Source of the DNA: Yuukianura sp. NJ FZ-2021
Taxonomy: Eukaryota
NCBI GenBank assembly: GCA_046563655.1
Contig: CM102286.1
Span: forward strand, 8,308,001 to 8,372,000
Reading direction: 5' to 3'
Length of the DNA: 64,000 nt
Shown here: positions 1 to 46,073 of the stretch, piece after piece
Position numbering within the stretch: the stretch's first letter is position 1
How the letters are laid out: each line of letters begins with the position of its first letter
Translations under genes and position numbers: made by a program
The notes under the pieces: generated by a model
Databases searched by the model: none
What the model was told of the DNA's origin: nothing
What the model saw: the letters and a program-made list of their open reading frames with translations, nothing else

Positions 1-3000
1 ATCTCCATCAGCGAATATGAAAAACCGTGAAGAATTTGTTTACGAAATAAGTGCTTGACTAAAAACTTGAAAACCCGTTAAACTGCTCGTCTGGTGGGTT
101 GGTTTTCAATGGAACAAAAGAATGACGAAGGATGAGGTCGAGAGTCAATAAGTCCATTGTTATGAGATGCAAGTTCAAAATAGGATTTAGAAATACCAAG
201 GTTTGACTGCACTGTTTACGACTTTGCCGGTTAAACGTTAGTTCTGCCTTACAGAATTCCCAGATTTTTCATTAGTTTTGTTCATTAAGGAACAATGGAT
301 CTTCAAGATGACATGGAACGAGAGAGGGAAAGAATAACAAAGGGAAGGCGTTACTTTTATGTACACATGTTTTACATCCCTTGACACAAGGACCAACACA
401 GAGTCAGTCTAAGGACGCAGCAGAAACACTAACCAACAGACGAACTTTCCGTTTTAAAAGGCCCTAAAAAACAAACCTTGGCTTAAACTTTGAACTGTTT
501 TAGAAAGTATACAGGGAAGTTCATCAGAGGGAAGTCTTAAAAGGGAAGTTGGAAATGAACCGGACGTACAAAGTCCCTATGTTGAAGATGTGCGGAAGTA
601 GAGATGCGGGTTATACTATTGAAACTGACGGTCCCAAGGCTGGGAGCCATGTGGACGCCTTTGCTTTTCAAATTTTCCCTCTGAATGTGTCTATCATTAT
701 TAGTTAGGTTTTTGAAAACCAGCTGAACGCGCCTTGATAAACATCAATAAGATACTTGTGGCACGCGTCCCTTCAATAACTCTCTAAAGCCGTTTCGACA
801 GCGACTACAACTCAGCAGCCGTTGAGACGTTTCAGCTGCCCCGTTGCGTAGCGACTGATCAGTCATCAGCAGTATGCGATCAGAGATTAACAAAACGTAT
901 TAATTGCTATTAAACGAGCGGTTGTGACGCTTCTAAACGTTAATCTTTCAATGTTTTAACACAAGGTCATTTGAAAGAAAAAATGAGCAATTTTGGAGAA
1001 CATTTTGCATCAGCCAGAGATAAGTACAAATGTCGTTGACTTTGCAAATGTGAAAAACATGCTTTGTTCCAAAAACATAAATCGTAACTAATTACAAAAT
1101 CAAAATCTCCGATAACTACAAATGAACGCTTACAATTTTTGGAAATTGTTTTGACAACCTCGGCAGCGGTTTAGGTTAGTCACCTAATCAGAATCGACCC
1201 AATTTCAATTTGAACAAGAATTCATACAAACCTGAGAACTCAAGGCCGCGTAGGTCAACAATGTTACAACTACTTGGGATTTTTACAACTGAAGTCTCCT
1301 GTATATGTTCCAAAGGGTCCATATCCTTATACATTTGAACAAAGAAGCAAGGGGTCCTAGAAAGTACAGCAAGCCTTAACTCCCGTATTCTGTTTGGGAG
1401 GGAAACTTCAAAATTGAATTCATGGATCTTTTTGGCTTTGCAGGTCCTAAAGACGGTTCCTATTGTACTTGATGCTTGCAGTAAGTCAAACAATCTTCCA
1501 AAGTGTAGACCCGTAAGAAACAGGGAAAAGCTGTTAGTGAAACAATACTCACGTTTTCCTATTTCACATTAGTTTATAATCGAACTTCATCTTCGTGCCA
1601 AAGACGCTTAGGCTCGTTTAGTTACTCCTCCAAATTTAAGTGGCGGTTATTAATGCTTCTTTAACAACCCAATAATTAACTACCAAGTTTCACTCATTCA
1701 TTATCCAAAATTGATAATTTTGGACAAAAAACGTCAAGTTTTTAACACTTAAAAGCGTCGTGCGATACGAAAAGTTTTGTGCAGTTTTGGTTTATTGCAA
1801 AACGATTCTACGAATTTTTTTTTCCGTGTAGTGCACAATTGTTTTGTTGATGCAAAAAGTCACAAGTATGCGTATAACGAAAATGTTGTTTTTCAGTTTC
1901 AAATTTTATGGCCAAAATGGAACTCCATTGTGTTAAGGTCACAGGGGCTATTAAACCGACACGACGGAGTCAAGGCTATTGTCTTGGTGCAAATTGAAAG
2001 ATTTTCGAAGAATTTCAATGACAATGGATGAGCACCTTTCAGCATTTATTGTGTGTAACCGATACCCAAAGTGTGTTCTTAGTACTTTGAAATGCAGTGT
2101 GGTTCAGTGACAAATGATTGAACATCGTCGGTGCGGTTTTCAGTTGTCTTCACTTCTGCACTTAAGCTGTGTTTTCGTTTGCTAAAGTTAGTAAATCCTT
2201 GCGCAGAAGGAATTCTTCACTGTCGCCGTTTACTCTAAAACTGTCTTCGCGGTATAGATTGTCCCATTTCTCAAACTGATATTCCCGCCAAATTGAAAAA
2301 GCATGCGAGTGCATCAACATTGTCACACTTTGTTCAATAGCAGATCAGTGTCTAATTTCGACTCTAAAAGTGGAGTAGAGGTAAAAAATGATTTCTGCTT
2401 TTTTTCTAGATTTCTTAAAAGAAGCAATTAAAATTCGGTGTTTTTTTTTTCAAAAAATGAAATCGGTGACTCTTGTGAAAGCGTGTATGAAAAAACTACG
2501 ATGTGAGTGTGACTAAAGATTTACGCATGATTCACGCGCATTCCTTTTGTATTGTGGCAAGATACTCTCAAAAGTACAACTTAGGGGGTGATGAGGCGAT
2601 AACAATGCCTTGGCAAAAAAAAAAAAAAACTTTATTTATTCACTTTTGACACATGAGCATCATTTATCAAGATTCTGGGCGAACCGAGTCTGATTTCTCT
2701 ATCAATGTCACATCATTCCCTCAATTTCCTCTTAACTTAAGAGACTGGACCGAATTCTGGGAAGTGGGGGGTCAGACTAGGCTGGATTTACCCGGATTTT
2801 GACACAGATGCTCTTGAGGTGTACTTTTGAATGTCCATGAACATTAGAGGCCTACAGAATCCTCCCTTTTCCCTTAACTTCCATCTGCGCCTCCACATGA
2901 TACACAGCTTACAAGCCCTTATATGAAACTTTGGCTGTAGTGGAATCTCTTTTGAAGTAGAATGCAACTGCAACTGCAGCTTTCGTTGATCCTGTCCAAA

Positions 3001-5642
3001 AAAAAAAAACCGGGACGGCGTCGCGGTGCATTAATGATGAGACCGCTGAATTGCGGGTAGAAACCTTTTTCGGTTCCAACCGTGATGCTCTGGATTGTCA
3101 AATACTGAAGACCTCCCCTATGCATTGCTGTGCTTACGTTAGGGTAACCTAACCTACCAGTGATTTAAGTCCTGAAGTTTGAGTTGTGACGTTGATTCCA
3201 GGGGGTTTTGTTAGAGTGAACAAGGGATGGCATGACCTTAGTTTGGTAAATAGGTAATGACACTGGTGCTTAATCTAATGAATGACGGAGAAACCGCCCA
3301 TGATCTCCCGGGAAAGCAGGAGGAAAGAATAGTGGGATTATTTGGTGGAAGAAGCACGGAGAGGGATTGTCTGGAAATGAAGGGAAGCCCTTAAGTCTTC
3401 TTCTGAAGTGATATTCATAATCCTACGGAAAAAAGACATCTTCCAAATATGACATTTTCAATTTAATCCACCGCCGTGACCTGGCACATATGTCAAACAA
3501 TTCATCATTCTCCTTTGAAATGCTAAATCAAGGACGCCTTGTTTTAGCCACCAACTTTTGATTTTGTTTTTAGGCATCCTTTTTGAAGTACAAATCGTTA
3601 CGCACAACTTTTGAAATTGAATTTTCCTCAATTTTTTATAGAAACTGACCTTTCAGTATGTTCAGGATTGTGTTCATTGGAATAGTCAGTCAGCAAGTCG
3701 ACATTAAAATAAATCACGGAAAAAAAACTCTGACTGTATTTCTAAACATTTTTGTGGCATAACCAAGTAGCCCGGTTCTTGTATGCAGAAAACGGTACTA
3801 TTTTCTATTTTTGAAATTAATCAAAAGTATATTCTTACACAAGATCATGATCATTGAAAAGAAAATTTTGTCTTACGGCCAAGAATTTTGAGTATCAAGT
3901 GCCAAAAATGTCCTTACTCAAAATGAAGAATTATTAGAAAACTAAAAAAAAAAAAAAAAAAATAACCAGAATGTTTTTGGATGAAAATCAAATTAAAGTG
4001 GTTGAACTTAGGCTAGGCTTTTCATTACTTCGTAGAAATTAGTCACTACAAAAAAAAAAATTCTGAGGAAATGAAAGTCTCCATTGTCACGAAGGAGATT
4101 TCAACCGCCACAAACGAAGCCCTTGAACTGCATCCTTCGCTGTCATCGTAGTCTCAAAGTGTATTAGGTTTCACCCTAACGTTCAAATTTCTTCTCCGAA
4201 ATACCGCGACCTCCATATGACCTTTCATCTTTCCATTGTCATTGTCAGTGGGACTTAAGAATGGTCCAGAGACCAATTTTCATTAGGAGCTTCTCATGTT
4301 CTTCAGAATCAGGCCGACAAATAATCCAGTCCCCCTATTAGTAAAGTGGAATCCAATTTTTTCTCAACCGAAATTAAGTGGATCCCATCAACATTAGAAC
4401 ATCGTGAAGTGTGAAACTTTAGACCGTGAACGTGTGAAAATTTAAGTGGAGTGTATATAAGTTTAACTATTGGTCTGCTAAGGTTATGACCCATTCGGAT
4501 GCTGTTCCTATCTCTTGTAATAAGTAATTACAAAGATGACACTGTACAATTAACTTTGATTTACACTCTCCGTCATCACTTCCTTCTTCGGGTCTGGAAT
4601 GGAAAATTCCCTTGGAAATGGATGGTGTTAATTTTAGACACTCGGAAGGGATCCTCTGCTGCCACTTACTCCCGTATCTCTAGGCCCAATTTCAATGAAT
4701 CATGGTTCTGGAGGGCCTTTCAATTTAGTTGAAGGGAGTCATTAAGGTTACACTTTAGATTAGGCTGAAAGAAATCACAAAACACATAAGACCTAATGTT
4801 TTCTGAACATTTTTTTCAAAATCAAAATGACCAGAAAATTATGGTAACCTTTTGGACCCAGTCTGTCAAGTCACTATCAAAATTTTGAAATTTCAAAAAA
4901 ATAAAATGAAACATAAGTCCTATTGTTTTTAACACACTATTCAACGTTGTCATATTGTCTCAGCCCATCCATGTTTTCCCTGGTAAAATATTTGGTTTAG
5001 TAGAAATTAAAAGTTGTGAGTGGCATGTTGTTAATTATTGTCTTGTTACCTGTCAAACCCATCCGAACAATCATGCATGCCTGTGTAATTTCGACGTAAA
5101 ACAGGAGCTTGCGAACTCGTATTGCCTAAAGCCCCAATAACATTCATGCGAATAGATGAGTAGAGCATATGAGCAGAGAAAGCGCGAATTTAGTTATGTT
5201 AATGACGGAGTGTATTTTTGCAATAATTTGTTGTTGTGGTTCATTCAATGTCTGCCAGTTTTCTGCTGCCACTAATGTGTCACTTGTATGTTTTTACAGT
5301 TAATTTCTGCATGACTCAGGAACACAGCACTCCAAAACCCCAAAATTTTGCAAACCTTTTTCAAGACGCTCAAAATAAACATTACAAGGAACACTGACGA
5401 GTTGAAGTGGACTGGAGGAGACGCAGATTGAATTAAAGTGATTCAGCAAAAAAAAAAACAACAACTTTTCCATTAACAATACTCCAGTACTTGCCCAATG
5501 TTGTTGTAAGCAAAAGTAAAGTTAAACAGAGAGGGCAAAATGAGGTCACTTCCTGAATCTGTCTAGAGCAGATTTAGCATCAAAATCTGCTGAATTTCAT
5601 CTCTCTCACAATTGAGATCAAGTAAAGTTCAGCCTTTGAAGC

Positions 5643-40483
<34,841 letters not shown>

Positions 40484-41027
40484 TTCTAAGCGAAGTCGTT
40501 CTAACAAAGCCAACTCTGCTCGTCGTTCTGATAAACTTAAGTAACCAGACGAGTGTAACGACACCATTTCCAAAAGTCCGGAAAAAGTGTGATCTAGCGT
40601 GGAAAAGGAATTATGTTCTTTTCAACTTACTGAGTCTGATCCGGCAGTGCTGGATGAGAACCAAGAGGAAATTGCAAGGCGAAAGATGCCAAGCTGAAGT
40701 GCTTCTTACGATTTCTTACTGAGAGTTCATTGTCCACAGAGCCACTGCCAATTCAACTTTCTTCCTGGAGGATTCAATTCACAACGAAAATTTAAACTTA
40801 TTCTTTCCTTCCAGACTTTCTTTTCAAAATTCCAAAGTTCCAGATTCCAAATCCAACTTTTATCCCTCCAACTAATTCGACAAAAAAGAAAAAGAAAATC
40901 AACCTGATTTTTTCGAAGAGTCCGATTCTACAACCAAACACTTCTAACTCATCTTGTTTTCAAAGTATCGTGTGTCTTCTGAAATTTTGTGAAGTTTCGA
41001 TTTTCAGAAGCTAAAAGTTTTACTGTA

Positions 41028-41354
41028 AGTAGTTATCATCGCATGACTACTAGTAAAAACAAACTTGACCTGTAGGTCAAAATATGTAAACATGACCTAC
41101 TTTTCGAAAGTCAACTTTTCAGGGTGCATGAGAAAATGATGATCTCATTCTTTCTCTCAGTGGAGAAGAGTATACGAGGAAGAGTTCACTTCCACCCACT
41201 TTTCACTTGTGAGGAAACTTTTGAGGGGAGGGGAGGGTGTAATTTTTATTATAACACATAAGAGCAACAAAAAACGAAACTGAGTTCAGTTGTTCATAAA
41301 CCTGGAACCATTACACTTGTTGGGAGGAGAAAATTGTCTGGTTTAAGTTCTAGT
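41028..41354 (+). repeat. Left terminal inverted repeat of the Polinton-like element
   Basis: Reverse complement of 45753-46073 with about ten small differences (substitutions plus two short indels). Confidence 0.95.
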
Positions 41355-41355
41355 A

Positions 41356-41499
41356 AATTTTAGGTTAGGTTAGGTTAGGTTAGCTAACCTAAGCTAACCT
41401 AGGTTAAGTTAGCTAGCTAGGTAGCTAAGCTAGTTAAGCTAGCTAGGTTAAGTTTAAGTTAGCTAACCTAGGTTAGCTAACCTAACCTAACCTAAAATT
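41356..41499. repeat. (TTAGG)n ... (CCTAA)n quasi-palindromic telomere-like tract
   Basis: AATTTTAGG(TTAGG)3TTAGCTAACCTA ... TAGGTTAGCTAA(CCTAA)3AATT; the interior is built from TTAGCTAA/CTAGG-type permutations. Confidence 0.9.
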
Positions 41500-41840
41500 C
41501 CAAGGCTCCTCTCAAATTCATCGACTCGTATGGGTTGGGAGTAGAGTTTTACGACAAGGCCTTTTCCAACTTTGCATCTCGGCACCAGACTTCAATTGTG
41601 GAAAACATCCGGACTCTTCAAAGTCCAAACTCTCAAGTGTGTGGAGAATATGCAATCTATTTTTTCTACAAACTTTATCATACTTGCTGTCTCATGTCCA
41701 TCTACTGCAACTTCAACTCCAACTCCAAAAGAAATGATAGGCTAGTTAGACAATTTGTAAGAAAAAAGCTTAGGAGACTCTCCAAAAATTCTCTTCCTTC
41801 CTCATCTAACCTTAATCAATGTTGTACTCCATTCAAATAA
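41496..41840 (+). pseudogene. 5'-truncated adenain-like (Polinton PRO / adenovirus-type) cysteine protease
   Basis: NSKAPLKFIDSYGLGVEFY...NIRTLQSPNSQVCGEYAIYFFY...FNSNSKRNDRLVRQFV matches the xDSYG / LQ-x-x-x-S-x-x-CG-x-Y / ND pattern of Polinton proteases. The N-terminal catalytic-His (HW) segment is absent, replaced by the TTAGG tract. Confidence 0.85.
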
Positions 41841-41948
41841 ATTTAAACAAAAAAAAACAAATAAGATCTCACAAAATCCAAATTCTCTCGTTTGTTTTAA
41901 AGCAATTGCTAACAAATTTTATTTTACCAAGTGAAAAGAAAGGGAAAG

Positions 41949-42381
41949 TTAGTCATGTGGGACATGTTCCAGCTCCTGGTTGAAGGTTTCAATGTCGCTG
42001 CGGCAAGTCTCCAGAGTCGTCTTGAGTGTAGCCAACTGTTCCGCAGCTCCTCCAGTTGTCCTCAAGTAGAATGTAGCCAGCCGACGCAAAACGTACGGAA
42101 TAGAGCTGACCTCAAAGTTGACCGTATGCTTGTTTCGGCGAAAGTAAACCCAGTGGTAGATCTTCCCCTTGTACATGGTCTCCCTGCTGAAAACTGACAA
42201 CCGCTTGTCCTCGTCAAAAGCTGCATCGGTGGGTGCAAACATATTCACGTCCAAAACTTCGTCTGAAACAGAGAAGAAGAAATATTTTTTGTTGTAAATT
42301 TGTGAAACATTGCAACTTTCCAAATCCAAATTGTAAAGAGAGAGATATTTGTTGTTACTTACTTTGATCGTTTGATGCCAT
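41949..42381 (-). CDS. Two-exon hypothetical protein (~110 aa) inside the Polinton-like element
   Basis: Exon 42381-42363 (MASNDQ), GTAAGT donor, TTTCAG acceptor, exon 42262-41949 in phase: NEVLDVNMFAPTDAAFDEDKRLSVFSRETMYKGKIYHWVYFRRNKHTVNFEV... with a helical C-terminus. Convergent with the protease. Confidence 0.6.
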
Positions 42382-43038
42382 TGGTGCGAGCAAAAGAAGT
42401 AGTAGAGTAGTGTTGACATGGTGAAGGTTCGAGTAGAAATGAAGTGGAACATGAAAAAGAAGAAGGGTAGAGTAGCAGAAAAACGAATTGAGAGTGTGGG
42501 AAATTGCTGACGTTGCTTCAGTTGGAGTTTGGAATTTCTTCACTCTTACTAGCATCAATTTCGTTTTCGTTCTTGGAATACCCGTCATCCACTGAGAACG
42601 TGGACATGTCGTTGAGGTCGTCGGAAGTTGAACCATGCACAGAACATAGCCAATCATAAAACTCCACGTCTTCTACTCCTTCCCCAAATCTCCCAATTCC
42701 CCAAACATTCCTAACCCCCAACATCATAACAACACGAAACAGAAATATGTTTTGACAAAAGTGCAATCCCACCAAATTGCATTTTTAAGATTTTCTTTAC
42801 TTGTTAGGGGCCAACGGTACTAATGCTTCTATTATGCACAAAATTGTGTCCTCACTAAAAAATACGGCCTATTAGTCGTAACACGTTGGGTGAAGTAACC
42901 ACTCAATGTATACAAAATTAGTTGTGGAGTAAACTTTTTTCAACGACGGTAGCAGAATCGCAAATGTGAAAGTTCGATTGAATGAAAAGGCAATTAGTTA
43001 GGCAGTCGTTGTGATTCCACATTTCTGTTCGTTTTATT

Positions 43039-43555
43039 TCATACATCAAAACTTAGAAGTTTTATGTTACCTGTTGTATTTAAGTGTTTACATTCCTTGG
43101 GCGTAATTTGCGTTCCACCATACAGAAACATCGGAGTTCTCTTTGGAACATATTGATTTACTTTGACTCCAAACCCACCAATTTTGACGTCACAAAACAA
43201 ATAGCACAGCCTGGAAAAGTCGTCCGCCATCTCTACCATTACTCCATTTCTTCGCTTTATTCCAGGTATGGGGCGATATCCCGAAGCAGATAATTGTGAA
43301 ATGAGGTCTTTTGTTTCGGAATCATACTTATGCCCTCGAAGTACGTTACAACCTATTTTTGGGTCATACTGAAATAAATAAAAAAAACATGAACTGTTAA
43401 ATTGAGTTGCTGGGGTCGTTTTGAAGTAATACAAATATCACTTTTCTCAAAAATAAAATGATGTTTTGTGTTTTGATCATGTAACTTAGTAAGCAAGAAT
43501 GTGACTCCGGAGAAACAAAGTTATAAGTGTATGTAAGTAAAATTTCCCCGCTCAT
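43039..43555 (-). CDS. Two-exon hypothetical protein (~147 aa), tandem copy 1
   Basis: Exon 43555-43442 (MSGEILLTY...LFLRK), 73-nt GTGATA...TTTCAG intron, exon 43368-43039 (YDPKIGCNVLRGHKY...KLLSFDV). The donor is weak, so the model is tentative. Confidence 0.5.
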
Positions 43556-43893
43556 ATTCCTACTTGCTAAAGTTTATTACATCATAACAACACGAAACAG
43601 AAATATGTTTTGACAAAAGTGCAATCCCACCAAATTGCATTTTTAAGATTTTCTTTACTTGTTTGGGGCCAACGGCACTAATGCTTCTATTAAGCACAGA
43701 ATTGTGTCCTCACTAAAAAATACGGCCTATTAGTCGTAACACGTTGGGTGAAGTAACCACTCAACGTATACGAAATTAGTTGTGGAGTAAACTTTTTTCA
43801 ACGACGGTAGCAGAATCGCAAATGTGAAAGTTCGATTGAATGAAAAGGCAATTAGACCAGTCGTTGTGATTCCACATTTCTGTTCGTTTTATT

Positions 43894-44410
43894 TTATACA
43901 TCAAAACTTAGAAGTTTTATGTTACCTGTTGTATTTAAGTGTTTACATTCCTTGGGCGTAATTTGCGTTCCACCATACAGAAACATCGGAGTTCTCTTTG
44001 GAACATATTGATTTACTTTGACTCCAAACCCACCAATTTTGACGTCACAAAACAAATAGCACAGCCTGGAAAAGTCGTCCGCCATCTCTACCATTACTCC
44101 ATTTCTTCGCTTTATTCCAGGTATGGGGCGATATCCCGAAGCAGATAATTGTGAAATGAGGTCTTTTGTTTCAGAATCATACTTATGCCCTCGAAGTACG
44201 TTACAACCTATTTTTGGGTCATACTGAAATAAATAAAAAAAACATGAACTGTTAAATTGAGTTGCTGGGGTCGTTTTGAAGTAATACAAATATCACTTTT
44301 CTCAAAAATAAAATGATGTTTTGTGTTTTGATCATGTAACTTAGTAAGCAAGAATGTGACTCCGGAGAAACAAAGTTATAAGTGTATGTAAGTAAAATTT
44401 CCCCGCTCAT
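43894..44410 (-). CDS. Two-exon hypothetical protein (~147 aa), tandem copy 2
   Basis: Same structure shifted by 855 bp (44410-44297, 44223-43894); same protein sequence as copy 1. Confidence 0.5.
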
Positions 44411-44915
44411 ATTCCTACTTGCTAAAGTTTATTACATCATAACAACACGAAACAGAAATATGTTTTGACAAAAGTGCAATCCCACCAAATTGCATTTTTA
44501 AGATTTTCTTTACTTGTTTGGGGCCAACGGCACTAATGCTTCTATTAAGCACAGAATTGTGTCCTCACTAAAAAATACGGCCTATTAGTCGTAACACGTT
44601 GGGTGAAGTAACCACTCAATGTATACAAAATTAGTTGTGGAGTAAACTTTTTCAACGACGGTAGCAGAATCGCAAATGTGAAAGTTCGATTGAATGAAAA
44701 GGCAATTAGACCAGTCGTTGTGATTCCACATTTGTGTTCGTTTTATTTCATACATCAAAACTTAGAAGTTTTATGTTACCTGTTGTATTTAAGTGTTTAC
44801 ATTCCTTGGGCGTAATTTGCGTTCCACCATACAGAAACATCGGAGTTCTCTTTGGAACATATTGATTTACTTTGACTCCAAACCCACCAATTTTGACGTC
44901 ACAAAACAAACACTG

Positions 44916-45773
44916 CTAACCAAGTACGACGCGATTTCCCCATGAATCCTTCTCATCAATTCCCGCAAAGTTGCTGAACAGTGAGCAAAGACACCAGCGA
45001 CCAGCCACATCCACAAACACATCTTCATCAAACGTTGCGGTATACTCGCGAGTGGTACCGCCAAAAGCAGTCAATTCATCGAAATGTACTTCATACTCTG
45101 GAGCACTTCCACTCTGTTGGTTTTGAACAGAAGGATACAGTTCTGGGTGAGTATTGTACTGGTGCTCATCCAACTGCCCAGGATACTCAAAATTTATTCC
45201 ACACTGAGCACAAAATCGTCTCTTGTAATTCCTCAATTCCAACGCAACAGCATCTCGTTCTAAATTGGAAGAGAAGATTATTTTTACAAAAAAAAAATCA
45301 TCATCATGACATTCTAACCTTCCGTCGGCTGGTACTGAAGGGGTACAAATGCCGACCGTGAACTACTTGTACCAGCAATGAGACCTAAAAACAACCAACA
45401 ACAATCAAAACATGCTCTGCTTTCGAATTATTAATTTGAGATTACCTGGTAATTGAATACTTGGATGCAGTTGTTGAATGTGACTTATAAAATCTCGTTC
45501 AGAAAGCCCCCTCAAGTTACATGTTTCGCATCCGCACTGTCTTCCAGCGAATGCTCCCGAGGTATCATAATGCTCAGTTTGAATGTCTTCTAACAATTCA
45601 CCTATTGTAACAAGAATTTTAAAAACAATGCGTATTACTGTATCAATTGTTTTAAGCTTACCAGGTATTTCAATGTCCAGATGGGTTGTTTGGACGTGAG
45701 GTAAGAATTGTTGTGCACCTAAATTTTGCAATTGGCATGTGTCACAAGAGTAACTAGAACTGAAACCAGACAT
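44916..45773 (-). pseudogene. Four-exon gene with three C2H2 zinc fingers, starting inside the right TIR; frameshifted and 3'-truncated, possibly the N-terminal part of the element's protein-primed DNA polymerase gene
   Basis: Exons 45773-45662, 45601-45446, 45384-45319, 45259-44916 joined by 60, 61 and 59-nt phase-1 GT-AG introns. C-x2-C-x12-H-x4-H fingers: CDTC...HVQTTH, CETC...HIQQLH, CAQC...HQYNTH. A near-perfect 7-nt duplication (44993-45006) shifts the frame. The polymerase assignment is inference only. Confidence 0.7.
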
Positions 45774-46073
45774 TTTTCTCCTCCCAACAAGTGTAATGGT
45801 TCATGGTTTATGAATAACTGAACTCAGTTTCGTTTTTTGTTGCTCTTATGTGTTAAAAAATTACACCCTACCCTCCCCTCAAAAGTTTCCTCACAAGTGA
45901 AGAGTGGGTGGAAGTGAACTCTTCCTCGTACTCTTCTCCACTGAGAGAAAGAATGAGATCATCATTTTCTCATGCACCCTGAAAAGTTGACTTTCGAAAA
46001 GTAGGTCATGTTTACATATTTTGACCTACAGGTCAAGTTTGTTTTTACTAGTAGTCATGCGATGAAAACTACT
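45753..46073 (-). repeat. Right terminal inverted repeat of the Polinton-like element
   Basis: Reverse complement of 41028-41354; ends ...GATGAAAACTACT. Confidence 0.95.

Larger units (their letters stand above)
42721..44910. repeat. ~855-bp tandem repeat, about 2.5 copies
   Basis: ACATCATAACAACACGAAACAG starts units at 42721, 43579 and 44434; the third copy breaks off at ~44910. Copies are nearly identical. Confidence 0.97.
41028..46073. mobile_element. Polinton/Maverick-like (adintovirus-related) element, internally deleted and non-autonomous
   Basis: Ends AGTAGTT (41028) and AACTACT (46073); ~325-bp TIRs; TGTA repeated on both flanks (41024-41027, 46074-46077); carries an adenain-type protease fragment. 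No integrase, ATPase, capsid or polymerase catalytic ORF is visible. Confidence 0.85.

Noticed and set aside
1188..4732. Short ORFs upstream of PHLDB (1188-1493, 2788-3125, 4309-4494, 4499-4732)
   Set aside because: No recognisable domain or consistent splice model; possibly decayed sequence, but not supportable.
41356..41499. A true chromosome end
   Set aside because: Only a few TTAGG units, in both orientations, embedded between a TIR and an ORF fragment with genes on both sides.
42518..42775. Acidic 85-aa ORF inside the Polinton-like element
   Set aside because: Non-ATG start and 5' part overlaps the tandem-repeat boundary; could be a last exon, but I could not build a consistent model.
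42721..44910. Tandem repeats as a CRISPR-like array
   Set aside because: Units are ~855 bp and nearly identical throughout, with no repeat-spacer alternation; eukaryotic context with no cas genes.
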